Shown here piece by piece: positions 12,010 to 24,524 of a stretch of DNA of 64,000 bases (position 1 is the first letter of the stretch; every line of letters starts with the position of its first letter). Position numbers and translations under genes: made by a program. Source of the stretch: Macrostomum lignano. Its lineage: Eukaryota. The stretch is taken from positions 1,054,001 through 1,118,000 of the forward strand of contig NIVC01000038.1 in the NCBI GenBank assembly GCA_002269645.1, written 5' to 3'. The notes under the pieces were generated by a model. That model saw only the letters and a list, made by a program, of their open reading frames with translations, made no database searches and was not told where the DNA came from.

Positions 12010-13002
12010 TGAGCACTAGTTTAGTGTTAGGTGCCCCCTTTGTCAGCTGTGCCCTGCGCCCTTCTGAGCTGTTGGCTGCCGCTGGCCGCAGCTCTCCCTT
12101 TCCCTCTCCCTCTCCCTCTCCCGCTCCCTCTCCCTCTCCCTTCCCCTTTTTCTCCCCCTCTCCCGCTCCCTCTCTCCCTCTCCCTCCCGTTGTCATTTTG
12201 TCTGCCTGCGATCCCTTCTTCTTTCCCCCTTTTTCCGGTTCGTTTGCGTTCCCAGTGTCTGAGCTTCTCCGCTCAGCCTGTCCTTGATTCATTGTCTGTC
12301 TGGCCACTCTCCCCCTTTTCTTGTGTGGCTGCGTTTGGTCTCTCTGTCCGGCCTGTACTGTAGCGGATCACGTGCCCCCGGCGCTCTGTCCTTTTCTTAC
12401 GAAGCCTTGTGCAATCTTGGGTGTCAGTCTCTAAATTAGGAATAGCGTCCTTCCCTCTCTGGCAGGGGCTCCGCGCTTGCTTCTAAAAATAGAACTGAAT
12501 CACGCCAGGTTGAGCGGCTCAGTGAGAGCGGCCTTGCGAACCATGGCAACCCTTCCTCTCGCTTAACCGCCCTTCGTTTTTGAGACTGGGCTAAGTTTAG
12601 CCCTAACTTATAAGACTCGCGCATCTCGCGCTGGTCCTTGCAAACGCCATCCTGACTTCTGATCTATCATTGACTGTGTCTGAGCTTGTGCTAGACTCCC
12701 GACCAAGCTAACAAGAAACTAGCACAGTTCCTTATCCCCGCACTTGAGCCCGGAAGGACCGCTGACGAGGTGTGCACCGGTGCGAGCTGTCAAATCTGCA
12801 CGGCGTGCTGAGTTCTCGTGTCTCGTTTATTTCGCTCAGCCCGGAGTCTCCCTCATCGAAGGACAAGATCCGAGCGAGCTGGTGGCAGCACTACCTACGC
12901 TACAAGGATCGTTTCTAAGAAACCGCCAGCTAGAGGTCACCGCCCAGCGCTTGGAGACCTACCAGGCCATTTCTAGCCGGCCTCGAAGAAGCCTGTACAC
13001 CA
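12010..13002 (+). mobile_element. Gypsy LTR between G1 and G2 (start approximate)
   Basis: Preceded by a purine tract (GGGTAGAGTGAAG). Contains GCCCGGAGTCTC and TGGTGGCAGC motifs shared with the 38755 LTR, ends ...ACACCA, and is followed by a PBS. Confidence 0.6.
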
Positions 13003-13003
13003 C

Positions 13004-13014
13004 TGGTGGCAGCG
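13004..13014 (+). promoter_or_regulatory. primer binding site, tRNA-Leu type
   Basis: TGGTGGCAGCG is complementary to the eukaryotic tRNA-Leu 3' end (CGCUGCCACCA). Confidence 0.7.
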
Positions 13015-15451
13015 ATCCCATTGAAGACTTCTAAACAGCATCGAGCTAAGTACAACCACAGGCAAGACACCTGTACTTCATGTGTCACCAACGGGCTTGA
13101 CTGAATCGCCTGGCTCATTCCAAATGACCATTACTTTGCTCCTAGAGGGATTGAAGCCCCATATTGCGCTCGGGTATATGGATGACATCCTAGTTCATTC
13201 AGTAACCTTTGAGCAGCATCTTGCGCACTTAGAAACAGTGCTGCAGCGCGTAATTGACGCGAAGTTGAAGCTGTAGGCGAGGAAATGTTCGCTATTCTCA
13301 GTTGAGTTGGCTTACTTAGGACATAAGCTGACTCCTGAAGGTGTTAAGACGGATGAGGCGAAACTCGCCGCTATCCGCGATTGGCGAGTGCCGCGCACAG
13401 CCTCGCAGTTGCGCAGTTTTCTAGGCTATAAAAAGCCTACTATAAAGAGTACTATAAAAAGTACATTAAAAACTATTCTAGTATAGCATCGCCATTGCAC
13501 GCTTTAACGCGCAAAACTATCACTAGCTTGTCAAAATTATGGACTGATGAGCATCAACAAGCTTTTCAGGCCCTGAAAGAACAAATTATGTTCTTCAGAA
13601 GTTTTAGCTTATCCTGAATTTACCAGTGATCCTAAGGTGACATTCATCTTGGACACAGATGCTAGTGATATTGGAATTGGCGCATGCTTAGGCCAGATTC
13701 AGTCTGATGGCGAAGAGCATCCTATTGCTTACTTCAGCCGCAAGTTGTCAGCTGCAGAAATGCGCTACACGACAACCAAGAAAGAGTTGTTAGCGATTGT
13801 CGATTCTCTCCGACATTTCCGCTACTATCTACTACGGAAGAAGTTTAAGATTAGGACAGACAATTCCGCGCTTTGCTGGCTACTTCGCCAAAATGAAGCC
13901 ACCGGAATTCTAGGTCGTTGGGTGCAGAGGTTGAGTGAGTTTGATTTCGAGTTGTCCCATAGAGCTGGGAAACTGCACGTCAACGCTGACACGTTGTCCA
14001 GGAAGCCGGAGACCCCGGCCCAATGTTCAACTAGCGCCATGAATGCGCCAGCGGAAGATGCTGCTGTAAAGCGCATCAAGAGTGCCTGCGAGAAATCAGA
14101 CTGGGAAAGAAGCGAGGAGGCCACTGTGAATTCAGCCCACCCGCCAGAAATCCCTCAACACTCAGGATGTGAAGTAGGCGCATTAAGGCCCGACTGCTCT
14201 CCCATGAGCCCGCCTAATGCAACTGATAGTCTAACTAAGACTCCATGGCTCGACTGCTTTCCCATAAGCCTGCCAGGTGTCGCCAAACCAAGTGCGCAGA
14301 ACTCGAATTGCTCCCCGCTGAGCCGTTCTGCTGCAATACCGACTATCTCGAAGGTCAAATCGAATCGATCACTGACCCTGATGTCGAGCAATCCTGCTGA
14401 GATGGGCACTGAAGCGTCGATACGATGTGGATTCCAATCCTGCCTTCGACATGCCAATCAGCAGAGGATGAAGAATTCTGCCAGAGCCAGAAAGGCGCCG
14501 CAGAATTAGCTGCCAGGATGTGAGTGCTCTGATGATGATGATGCAACAGGTTCGGACTGCACGACAGAATCTGAGACCAATCGACAGCCTGATTCGCCCG
14601 ATGCATTGCCGAAGCCTCAGTTGGATTTCGACTCCCACCAGTCACCGTCGCTGCCAAGATGTCGATTTCTGCTGACCGAAGCTCTAGAAGAACCGATTAC
14701 GAGACAGGAGCTGCTTGAAGCGCAGAAGAGAGACCCTGTACTCGCGAAAATCGCTGAGTTGAAGGCGCAGAGTTCGCCGAAACCGTCTCTCGACGAGAGA
14801 CTAAGCATGAGCAAGTAAATGAGAAACCTGCTCGGGTACTATGAGACCCTATGCTTAGATGATGATGGCATTCTAATGATAGATTTCGATGATAATCGAC
14901 CCATTAGATTTGTCTTGCCAAAGGAGTTAGACGCTGCACTAATGCGCGCACTGCATGACTCCCCGCTAAGCGGCCATTTGGGCCAGAAAAAGACTCTGCA
15001 GAGAGTCCAGCAGTTATTCTGGAGACCCGGAATTCACACTGTGGTCGATCGCTATATCGCACAGTGCAGAGCTTGCTTAGAGAGCAAAGCCAGGCGCAAA
15101 GTGCACTTGCCGCCTCATAAATTCCCGGTCGGAGATGTGTTAGACCGCGTACACTTGGATATCATGGGCCCAATCAATCAGCCCAGTGCTGCAGGCCATA
15201 GATATGTCCTAACCTTGTGTGACGCGACGTCGAAGTATCCGTGGGCCTGTGCTCTGAGAAATCAGAAGGCCAAGGCGATTATTAAGGTGATTCAGGAACA
15301 GTTCATCCCAATTTACGGTGCGCCAGCCCAGTTCCATTCTGATCAAGGAACTAATTTTACGGGCACCGCCTTTAATAACTTTTGAAAAATATATGGGATA
15401 AGACACACAGTAACTTGTCCATATAATCCTGCATCTAATGGACCTGATGAG

Positions 15452-18400
15452 CAGTGGTGGGAGTGAGGAGTGCCCTTTTTTTCGCGCCTACGATTTTTTT
15501 TCGCGCCGCAAGTTTTTTTGTGTCAATTTTTTTTGCCATACATTGACTGACTATATAATGTTCAAAAGAGTAACTCTGATTGAAAAAAAACGATTGTTGT
15601 GTTGTTGCAACAGCTTGACTATAATTTAACATCGTAGTTGTAGACAATAGTGCGCCACTCGCACTCGTGGGTCTCGTGTATTGCATTTTATTAGGTCTTA
15701 CAAATGAATTATTTAAATGAAAGTTATTGAATTGCTAAAGATTAAATTCGAAATAATCGTAACTTGCATTTGTTATAATTCAAGCAAGACTAAATCTAAT
15801 ATTATATGAAATCGAAAGCTATATACGAGAGCGTATCTAACTTTGGAAGATGTAATTTTAAGCAAGTAAAAGGCAACTAACATAGCATTAGCCTAAAAAA
15901 ACGTTACGACTAATTGTTCAATATTGTCATTGTCACGCTGTTGTTATCCAGAGCGGAACTTTTTCTGTTGAACGCTTTCTGGCAGAGGGTTCGACAATGA
16001 CTGCTCAATAGCTCGACGCTTGAGCACCGTCTCAGTGATTTTCTCGGCCTGTTTCAGCTTCTTCTTCTGCAGCTTGTCTTGTCTGTGTCGCAGGTCGTCC
16101 AGCTCACGATCTCGGTCCTCCTTCGCCTTAGTCATTTCCAGCAACAGCTTCTGAGCGTCATCCCTCTGCTTCTGCTTCTTCTTTATCTGCTCGTTAGTCT
16201 CCAGAACAGAATTTCCTAAGTCTGTGAATGTCTTGCTTGCGCTTTTCTCGTTTCGAATTTCGGAGAGGACACTCTTCTCGAGCTCTTCCCTCTTCTTGCG
16301 CTCCTCTTCTTGCTTCTCTTCTTCCAGCCGTCGGCGGTACGCAGCATAGGCGCTGTTGCACAGGTTCTGCAACCTAAGCGAGACTGGTAGCGTAGCAGCT
16401 GTCCAACATTTAGCAGCAAGGCAAGAGCGCGCGACAACTAGTGCCTTAATGGTGTGCGCTCCAAGACTGGAGCGCTTCTTTGTAACGACATCATTAAGAT
16501 TGCTGAAAATTCTCTCGACTTCCGCGTTGCCGTGCGGCAAGACGAATAGCACACGTACTATGCGCATAAGAAGTGGGCGATTGCCAACTGCGGCGACCTT
16601 TCCCCAGAAGTTACTAGCCGATTCGGATTCAATGTCTAACTCAGCAATCAGCACATCTTGTTGATGAGCACGAGCCTCAACTCGCAACGTGTCGAGCTCG
16701 CTTGCTGTCATGATCGTCGGTAGCTGCCTGGCAATGGTATCAACCCACTGAACAAACCGATCGTTTGTCTGCTTTTTCGGATCCAGCAGTTGGCAGGCAC
16801 GAAGAGTGGAGCTGCTCAGCGGCAAATATTCAAAGAGTTTCTCTGTTCCCTTTACAAAGAACGCTTTCACCGAAGCTAGACAGGCCTGTTGGTCACTAGC
16901 AGACATCTCAATGAAGAGACGCCTGGCCTGCTCCCCCATGCCGATTTGCAGATGGGGCAGCCAAATCGAACTGTCCTTTAAATCCAGCTTCCAGACTTAG
17001 TCTTCCAGACTACTCCAGGCGGGTAGTTTGACTGGCGAGACAAAGCGCAACAGCCAGCAGCGTGTCAGGTCATTCAGCACTTCGTACAGCCGGAATATTT
17101 GGCAGTCTTCTTGTTGGAACAACAGCTCGAACTTCTGCAGAGGACGCAAAACTTCGACCAAAAATAGAAGAAAAAATTCGACTTTGGGGTCACGAACTTG
17201 GGCCTTGAGTGTGCTAAATTTTGCGCCATGCTCCTTAGTCGCGGAGTCGAAGAAGTACTTTTTTAGAGGCTCTAACAGTCGCAAAACTCGTTCAACTACC
17301 GGCAACAGCTGCAGCCAACGGGTGTCAACTGGCCGAATAAATGCCAGCTTTCGCACTTCATCGAATTCAGTTGCAATGACATGTAAGCGGTCCTTTTCGT
17401 CGAGCGAAAACTTGAAGTGGCAATAGAGGTCGCGCACTAGTGTCTCTACACTGAGACCTAAGTCCGAAGCGTCGCAAGCGTACTTCGCGGCGTTGTGGAT
17501 GTGATGAAGGCTGCAGCCGCCTACATCAATGACATTTCGAAGGTCATCCCGAAGTCGAACTACTACTCCGCTCTTGGAGCCCCGCATGGTGTTGCAGCTG
17601 TCCGACATCACTCCGACACACTTTGACTTGTCGAGGTTGCACTCCGAAATCGTCTGCAAAACAGAAGCAGAAATAGCTGCGGCAGTTGTAGAAGACAGCA
17701 TAGGCAAATCTATGCAGACTGATTTGGCCTTCATGGTTTTTTCGGTACTATTTTCTGAAAGATATCGCAGAAGGATGCCGAGAAACTTTCCATTCTTATT
17801 GGCTTCATCAATTTGCACTGAAAAAAAGCCTGAGTCTGGTGACTTGCTGTTGCTGCAAACATCGGCCAGAATAACCTCTTTCAGGTAGGGAAAGAGGCCG
17901 TGAGACACGAGGTAAGAAATCTTCGATCGATGAAGCTGCATTGCAGTCGGAAACTTGGAGTCGGGACAAATCGCACGTAAGTCCTCAACGGCGTCATCCT
18001 CAGACTCAAAGCTACGATTTTTAATAATAATCCTTGTGATAAAACGAATTTCCGAGACTTTCGCAGAGTGACTTAAGTCGTTTGGCTCGCAAGACCCGCC
18101 AATACTCTGATCAGCCTGGCCTGCGGATGCCCCTGCCATCAACATCTTGAGGGAGCTGCTGCTCCGACGGGCCTTCGAAATTTCGCGATGATTTACTGCC
18201 TGCGAGTGGCTCTTAAAGTTTGTAATGCCACTTCGAAAAACAAAATCGACATTACATCAGGCACAATCTGCTTTAAAGTCGTCTCGCTTACGTGCCCAAA
18301 GACCAATGACGTCACCATTATAGTCGAGCTTATTTAACCAATCGTTGTTCCATTGAACACGCTTCGCCATGCTTAATTTTAATAACAATTGTCAGTAGCA

Positions 18401-18822
18401 CTGGAAGGAGAAAATGGAAGAGATGCTGTAGTGAAAACTATTAGTCTATGAGTGTTGTCTTAACTTGGTATTCAATTCTTAGTCACAACGGATTACTGAT
18501 TTCCAAGAATAGAATAAGAATAAGTTTCGGTTCTATTTCTAAAAATGCTAAATAAAACTAAGACACTTAAATGTCTGATAAAACTACAAAATTCTTCACC
18601 ATAACACAAGTTTATTTAAACAACAATAAGTTTACAAGTGAAAGTACAGCTGTATGAGACACTGGGGGTGTGGCAGTCACTGGCAAAGTAAAGCAAAATC
18701 AGCTAACATTTTTCGCGCATTGAGCATCAAAAAAATCGCGCCTCGCCTCAGAAATCGCGCATTCGCGCCAATTATCCCGAAATTCGCGCCAGGCGCGAAT
18801 TCGCGCCTCACTCCCACCACTG
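15452..18822 (-). mobile_element. hAT DNA transposon, 3371 bp
   Basis: Perfect 17-bp TIR CAGTGGTGGGAGTGAGG; 8-bp TSD CTGATGAG at 15444-15451 and 18823-18830; TTCGCGC subterminal repeats. Confidence 0.95.
15944..18370 (-). pseudogene. hAT transposase (808 codons, two in-frame stops)
   Basis: N-terminal C-x2-C..H-x4-H finger, FSVQIDE, MSDSCNTM, CSLHH (CxxH), TRWL and PHGNAEVERIFS. Stops at 18257-18259 and 16997-16999; no frameshift. Confidence 0.9.
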
Positions 18823-19744
18823 CTGATGAGAACCTGAATCGGAACATTAAGTCTGTGCTGACTGTCTGTTAGAGACAAAGCACAAAGATTGGGCACACTA
18901 TCTGCCAGCTTGCTTAATAGCGCTGCGCACGGCTGTTCACTCAGTGACAGGATACAGCCCGCATTTTCTGATGTTTGGCCGCACATTCAATTTGTCAATT
19001 GAAAACGAATTGCGCCACTCACCTGAGTATCAGAATTTGCCAGATTATGTGCGCCAATTTGAAAGTAGACTGAGTGAGGCGACCGCCCTAGCAAAAGAGC
19101 GAATTCGTGCTCAGCAGGATTTGCGCGTAGATCACTTTGCCGGAAAACCGCAAGTAGATCCGCTGCAGCCAGGACAATTGGTGTTCTTGGCGAATCCAGT
19201 GCTAGAGGCAGGTGAAGCGCCAAAGTTCCATAGACCTCGAAAGGCCGTCTATGAGGTGATCGAGCAGAAGGGCGAGCTGGTCTACAAGATCCGTCGCCAA
19301 AGGCGAGAAGCGCCGTGCTCGAAAGGAGGTGCTTGTAGTGCACCGGAAGAATCTGCTCCCCGTGCCAACTGCCGACTATCTCCCACAGGTCGCAAAAGTA
19401 AAGCACCCGATGCACCGACAGCGTTGTCATACGGCGCCACAGGCTGCTGCCACGCTGAGTTCTGCACCGAGGAGTCCGACGAGGACGGAGACGAGAGCAC
19501 GGTCGACGTGAATTGGGCGCACCAAGCTGCAGCCGCCGCTGCGCTGTGGTCGACGCGCTCGCCGCTGCAAGCGCGATCGCGAGGCGCCAACGCTGAAGTT
19601 GTCGACCAAGGAGCTGAAACGGAGAGAGGAGATTTTGCGCCCATTGAGGTTGCGCAGTTGCCGTCACGCAGCCCAAGCCCACGTGAATCTCCTACTCCCG
19701 CGCTCGCATCTTTCGCCGGAAATGATTACCTTCCAGCGACAGCA

Positions 19745-20627
19745 ATGTCACAAGAAATGCAAGCCACCCAAAGAATTGCTACCCGGCCCAACCCGCCGTC
19801 CGGCACTAAACCTAAAACGGGCTCTGTGGCCGCCCGAGTAGCCGAACTTAAGGAAAATGGTGGTCTGCGCCTAAAGAGCGTAGTCACGAGACCACTCCCT
19901 GAGAGAGTGCCCGAACTTACGTTCGTCGAAGACGTGGTTGATTTACAGGCTCCGAGCTCGCCAGTCGAAGGTAAAAACTCGCCGCCTCGCCTTAACCGGT
20001 TGAGGGCGGCTGAGGAAGTTGATTTCAGGCAGGAGCGACGAGCCGAAGGCTCGCGCCCGAATGCCCTTAGCGCAGCCCATCGGGCGCGTTCGCCGATGGA
20101 AGGGAGCGACCCGCAAGGGCGCCCAATCCGACCGCGGAGACGTGGCAGAAGAGCCGGTCGGTTTCGCGGGAGAATAGCCGCCAGCTGTTCCTCAGCCTTC
20201 GCCCGCAGCCGCTGCTGTGGCTGTCGCCACACACCTTGCTGCAAGGAACGTTCAACCTCCTGGCACTCCCCCAGAGCATGGCCGACGAGCGCCGCTACCT
20301 TCGCGCGCTGACTCCTCCACCACGACTGACGATCTGGCTGCCTGGACGAGGCAACGACAGGCTACGGAAGTTGCTAGCCTGATTCATCTCGCTGGCCTGC
20401 GTGGCCACCTTTTTGGAGGACTACCGCCAGACCTACAGGTAGCTCTCCGAGCTGAGAGTCGCAGCTACAAAGAAAGTCTGTTCCAATGGGCAGCCAGTAT
20501 CGCTGCCCAACGGCTAGCCTCGGAATCGTTCGACCGACACGCGGCTGAGCTAGTAGCTCGCAGACTCGCGGCCGAGCTTGGGCATCTCGATTTGACTCCG
20601 CCGCTGAAAGCCGTCCTGCGGGAGTGA
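19745..20627 (+). pseudogene. G2 ORF3 (non-env, unknown function), frameshifted
   Basis: Acceptor TACCTTCCAG ends at 19736, ATG at 19745. RLKSVV and VVDL motifs; helical C-part in the 20217-20627 frame. Confidence 0.6.
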
Positions 20628-20949
20628 ATGACTAAGCCTTGAACGAAGTTCATTGTTCTTGACGGAACTGTCTAGTGAATCGCTCAAATCCCGAGTCCGC
20701 ATTTGATACTTCATTGTTAATCAGGTTCTAGTACAGGCCAATTGGGCCTCAAGTCAGCATTTTTTTCAGCCAATTAATTCGATCCCAGGAACTTTTCAAA
20801 TTTTATCAATTCACCATGCTTTTCTCTATAGGTTTTACCTTGCGCAGTTAATCAGGTGACCTTCCGGCATTTTACAATCAATATTTTCTTCGCTTTTCTA
20901 CCCTTGACTCAAATACCTATATATAATTCTGCATGCTTGCCAACTAGCT

Positions 20950-22400
20950 AAATAGAAAGAGCCAATAGAAAAGGGAGGCCAGCCCAGTATGCCAACTGCA
21001 GAGCTTCAAGATAAGGGAAGCCAGGCGGCAGAGGCAATTCGCAAGGGAAGCCAGCCCAAGAAGAAGACAAGAACTAGAACGACTGAGAAGCTATGTGAAC
21101 AAGAAGTAGAATCAGCATCATCAGATGAAGACGACCAAATCAATTGGCAATGCAAGCTCCGTGATGGAAATGAATCAGTAAGAGGAAGTGACTTAGAACT
21201 AGGAGCAGAAGTAGAAATTAGGGAGGAAGGAAGTGAAGGAGAGAGTACACAGCGTGATAGCTCAGAGGAAGAGATTGAGGAAAGTGAGAAGGGAGAGGAA
21301 TCAGAGTGTAGTGACTGGCTGCTAGCTGGTTATTCAGCAGCATTCACTAGCTTTCCCTAAGAGTGCTGTGGTCCGCTGCACAGTAGCTCAGTTCACCTGA
21401 TCTAGTGAGAGAGATACCCTGTGCTGGGCCTAAGTGTTTACTGCCCGATGACTCATCGCCTCAGCAGGCGTGGGCAGCCACACTTAATGTCTTCCCACTC
21501 GCGCTGAGGAGGCGTAGCAGGATGACTCATCACTTGCGCGGAGTGTAATGGCTGCCTAGAGGGAGTAAACAGGATGACTCATCCGCCCAAGTTCTATTTT
21601 TAGCACAGAAAAGCACGTGACTGTGCACGCACACTGTGCGTGGCCACTGACCTTGAGTCACGCCACTGCCGCGTGACCGGGTTGCCTTATTTGGAAGTTG
21701 GCCTTGGATCACGCGTCGCTCGCATGATTCTGAGGACCAAACAAGGAAGTTTCACGCGCTCACCGCATGAAACTAACGTGACTTTTGGGGGTCCGCTCGG
21801 CAATAAATACGAAGCATCTGCGAGCAATTTTCTCCAGATCAGGTCGTCCTGCCTGGGCTCGACCGGATTTGTCTCTCTGCCCCCGAGCTCTCCTCTCTCA
21901 TTTCAGGTTTTACAGGTTTTCAGGTTCGAGCAGCATTCTACTAAGACGATCGACTGTCGAGACATTTTCAGATTTGCCTTTTCTCCGAGCGACTTTTTTT
22001 TCAGGTGACGGATAGACAACTCTGCCGACGCGTCGAGTCCACACACCAAGGTGGCAGCAACCCTACCAAGTCACGGCTAACGTTTTAGGTTCATTTTCAG
22101 GCAAATCCATAGGTAGTACAGCGGTGCTATCTAGCTACTTCAGGAGCAGCGGGTTCTATTTCTAGGAACATCTTCAAGAACCCGAGGAGTAGTAATACAA
22201 GAGCTTGAGCACGAGAAAGAGAAAGGAAGGAGGAGGTTGCACGCGAGCACAGTGAGTCAAAGGAAGAGATATCGCATGCTGAGCAGAGTAAAGGACAGGA
22301 TGACGTAATACCAGCTAAAAGGTATAACACGCGCAGTCAGACCAAGCCCCCAAACAGATGTCAGTGCTATCTGAAAAGGCTAATCTCTGTGTGGAGCCTA
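20950..22400 (+). mobile_element. probable degenerate acidic C-terminal tail of another Gypsy pol, interrupted by an LTR-like block (about 21307-22119)
   Basis: Acidic frames on both sides ending RYNTRSQTKPPNR, typical of Gypsy integrase tails. The middle block starts TGTAGT, ends AGTACA and has AATAAA and GGTGGCAGC. No TSD found. Confidence 0.35.
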
Positions 22401-22499
22401 TTAGAGGGACTAAAGTTCTGAGTCAGGGAAGAATTGTTAGTGAGGGTAAGGCACAGGGCAAGCAAACAAGTGGGACTTCATTGGGTGAGGGAAGGAAAT

Positions 22500-22660
22500 C
22501 AGATCAGCCAATTAGAAGTCAGCTAGTGGGAAGACCAGGAGTGGTCAACTGGGAAATCAAGGCGGTCAGCCAATGAAAATTCAGCTTTTGATTAAATGAA
22601 CTGATGGGCAAATCAAAACAAACAACGCCTGGGGTGGGGTGCCACGCCTATATAAACAAA
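22500..22660 (+). promoter_or_regulatory. Pol II promoter-like cluster: CCAAT boxes, GC box, TATA
   Basis: CCAAT near 22508 and 22570, GGGGTGGGG 22631-22639, TATATAAA 22649-22656, about 100 nt before ATG 22753. Confidence 0.55.
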
Positions 22661-22752
22661 CACTCAAGGCAAGAGGAAGTCAATTATAGTCGTGCTAACA
22701 GCTAATTAACCGTTTTGGTCTGATTAACCATTCTGGATTGCAATTCTCCGTA

Positions 22753-23832
22753 ATGGACGACACAATTGACATCATGGCAGAGGATGATATCCTCGATAAG
22801 ATTCTAGCAGACATCGAAGTAGGTAATGCAGAAGAAATTGGAGCAAATGTGATGGCAGCAACAACGACGGCGACGTCAAGCAGCAGCGCCGTGATGGTAT
22901 CTGATAATAGCGCCGTGGTGGCATCGAATATGGCGGAAGACGAGAAAGATCGCCTGGCCAAGCGATTAAAGTCTGTGATCATCAAGGGGTCGTCTACGGA
23001 GGCAGAAGGCGCTCAGTTGGCTAAGCGGCCCGCTCTGGGGAGTCAGCCTTTGACGCCGCACAACCTGAAGGCCCGGGCACAGCTGCTCAACGATCAGGCC
23101 AACAAGCCGGTGCCTGTAATCCTGGCTATGAGGCGAAAGCCGCAGGGCGCCAAAAGCGCGATCTGCCTTGCCAGTTAGTACCGGCCAATTTAGCCGAGGC
23201 CATTGGTAGCATCTGGCGGGCGAGGGCAACAATCAGCGGCAGCAGCAGCAGCCAGCCACCGGAGGCCAGCAGCAGCAGCCAGCCACCGGAGGCCAGCAGC
23301 AGCGGCAGCCGCAACATCAGCAAACGGCGGGCAGCCTGTAACAATGTTGGCAGCAGCCCCGAGGCCACCAGCGCCGAAGCAGCAACAGCCTTAAAACGCG
23401 GCAGCACGGGGGTCAGCCAGCACCGCATTGGCCGTAGACCTCAGCTTAGGTGCTGATTTTCCGGCAGTCCTTGACAGAATCCTGAGGGGACAGCACGACC
23501 AACTGAAATGCTTCATTAAGATGCTGAAGGGACATCTAATGTGAATGGCGTATTTACACACTGATCGACCCACTCCATGCCAATGCACACAAGCTAAGCC
23601 GGTGTTAGGCCTGCTAGTGCAACAATTCGACTTGGAGTCGCGAATTGCAGCATGGCGCAGAGCGGCGCACTATGCGCTGCACGATCTGGCGTAGGCAGGA
23701 CAAACCTATCATCGTCTACTCCTGCAGATCGAAATCTGCTGGATGGCGGACCAGCTCGGCTGGCCTGTATCACAATCAGCTGCCAGAAGAATTCGAGCTG
23801 GAGCGAAATTGAGTAACTATTTGACTATTTGA
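22753..23832 (+). pseudogene. unknown ORF3-like gene, about 360 codons with 5 in-frame stops
   Basis: One frame throughout, with stops at 23176, 23191, 23392, 23542 and 23692. RLKSVIIK motif; C-domain homologous to 987-1185. Confidence 0.6.
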
Positions 23833-24524
23833 ATGAACTTTTGCTATTGCTAATTTTCTTTGTTTTGCCAACTTGCTTTTATTTTGCATGAATTTTCTGT
23901 GCCAGTGCTTATTTCTTTGTGAACTAGCTTTTATAAAGTTTTTTTTTGAACTAGCTAATAATTACATGCCCAATTTTTATTTTCTTCTTTTATGTGTACA
24001 TACTCATTTTCCTTGGTGAATAATTGTTTGGTGTATTGGCGACTCAGGGTTTTTCTATTGTTTATATATTCCCTTGCAATCACATTTACTATTCTTTATT
24101 CTTTGTGCCATTATTAAATTGCTTAGTTTTTGATGATTATGTACCGTTGTGTTTTTTCATTATTATATACTACTAAATTATAATTTTGCTCACTTAAAAA
24201 TTTGCAAAATAATATACCCATAATATTCCCAATATATTCCCATCTATTGTTCTATTGAATAATTTTAATATTCTAATAAAACCTGCTGCTAGAGGCATAT
24301 TATATATTTTACTTGCTTGCAGTATAACAGGGATATATATAACATAGGTGTACCTGTATGTAAATTGCGATATGCTCAATTTTTCGTTAACTATTAACTG
24401 ATTTCTGACTAATGCTGTCTGACTAACTGATTATTTGCTAACTGAAACTGACTGGCATTAAGACGAAAGTTAAGACTAAAGTTAAAAGTTTAAGTTTCTG
24501 TCAAACCCTGTAACGCTGAAAGCA

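Larger units (their letters stand above)
13060..19740 (+). pseudogene. pol: Gypsy pol (element G2): RT C-part, RNase H and integrase; gag and protease deleted; interrupted by a hAT
   Basis: YMDD, ILDTDASDIGIGACL, TDNSAL, HDSPLSGHLG..CRAC, HSDQGTNF, then SNG|hAT|ENLNR and TGYSPHFLMFGR. Multiple stops and frameshifts. Confidence 0.9.

Noticed and set aside
18944-20311. Integrase-ORF3 fusion protein of 455 aa
   Set aside because: Created by a frameshift near 19300; the true integrase tail continues in the 19329 frame (VVHRKNLLPVPTADY).
22753-23832. Targeted C-to-T hypermutation (all five stops could derive from CAG/CAA/CGA)
   Set aside because: Ancestral codons are unknown and flanking contexts are inconsistent; ordinary transition bias suffices.
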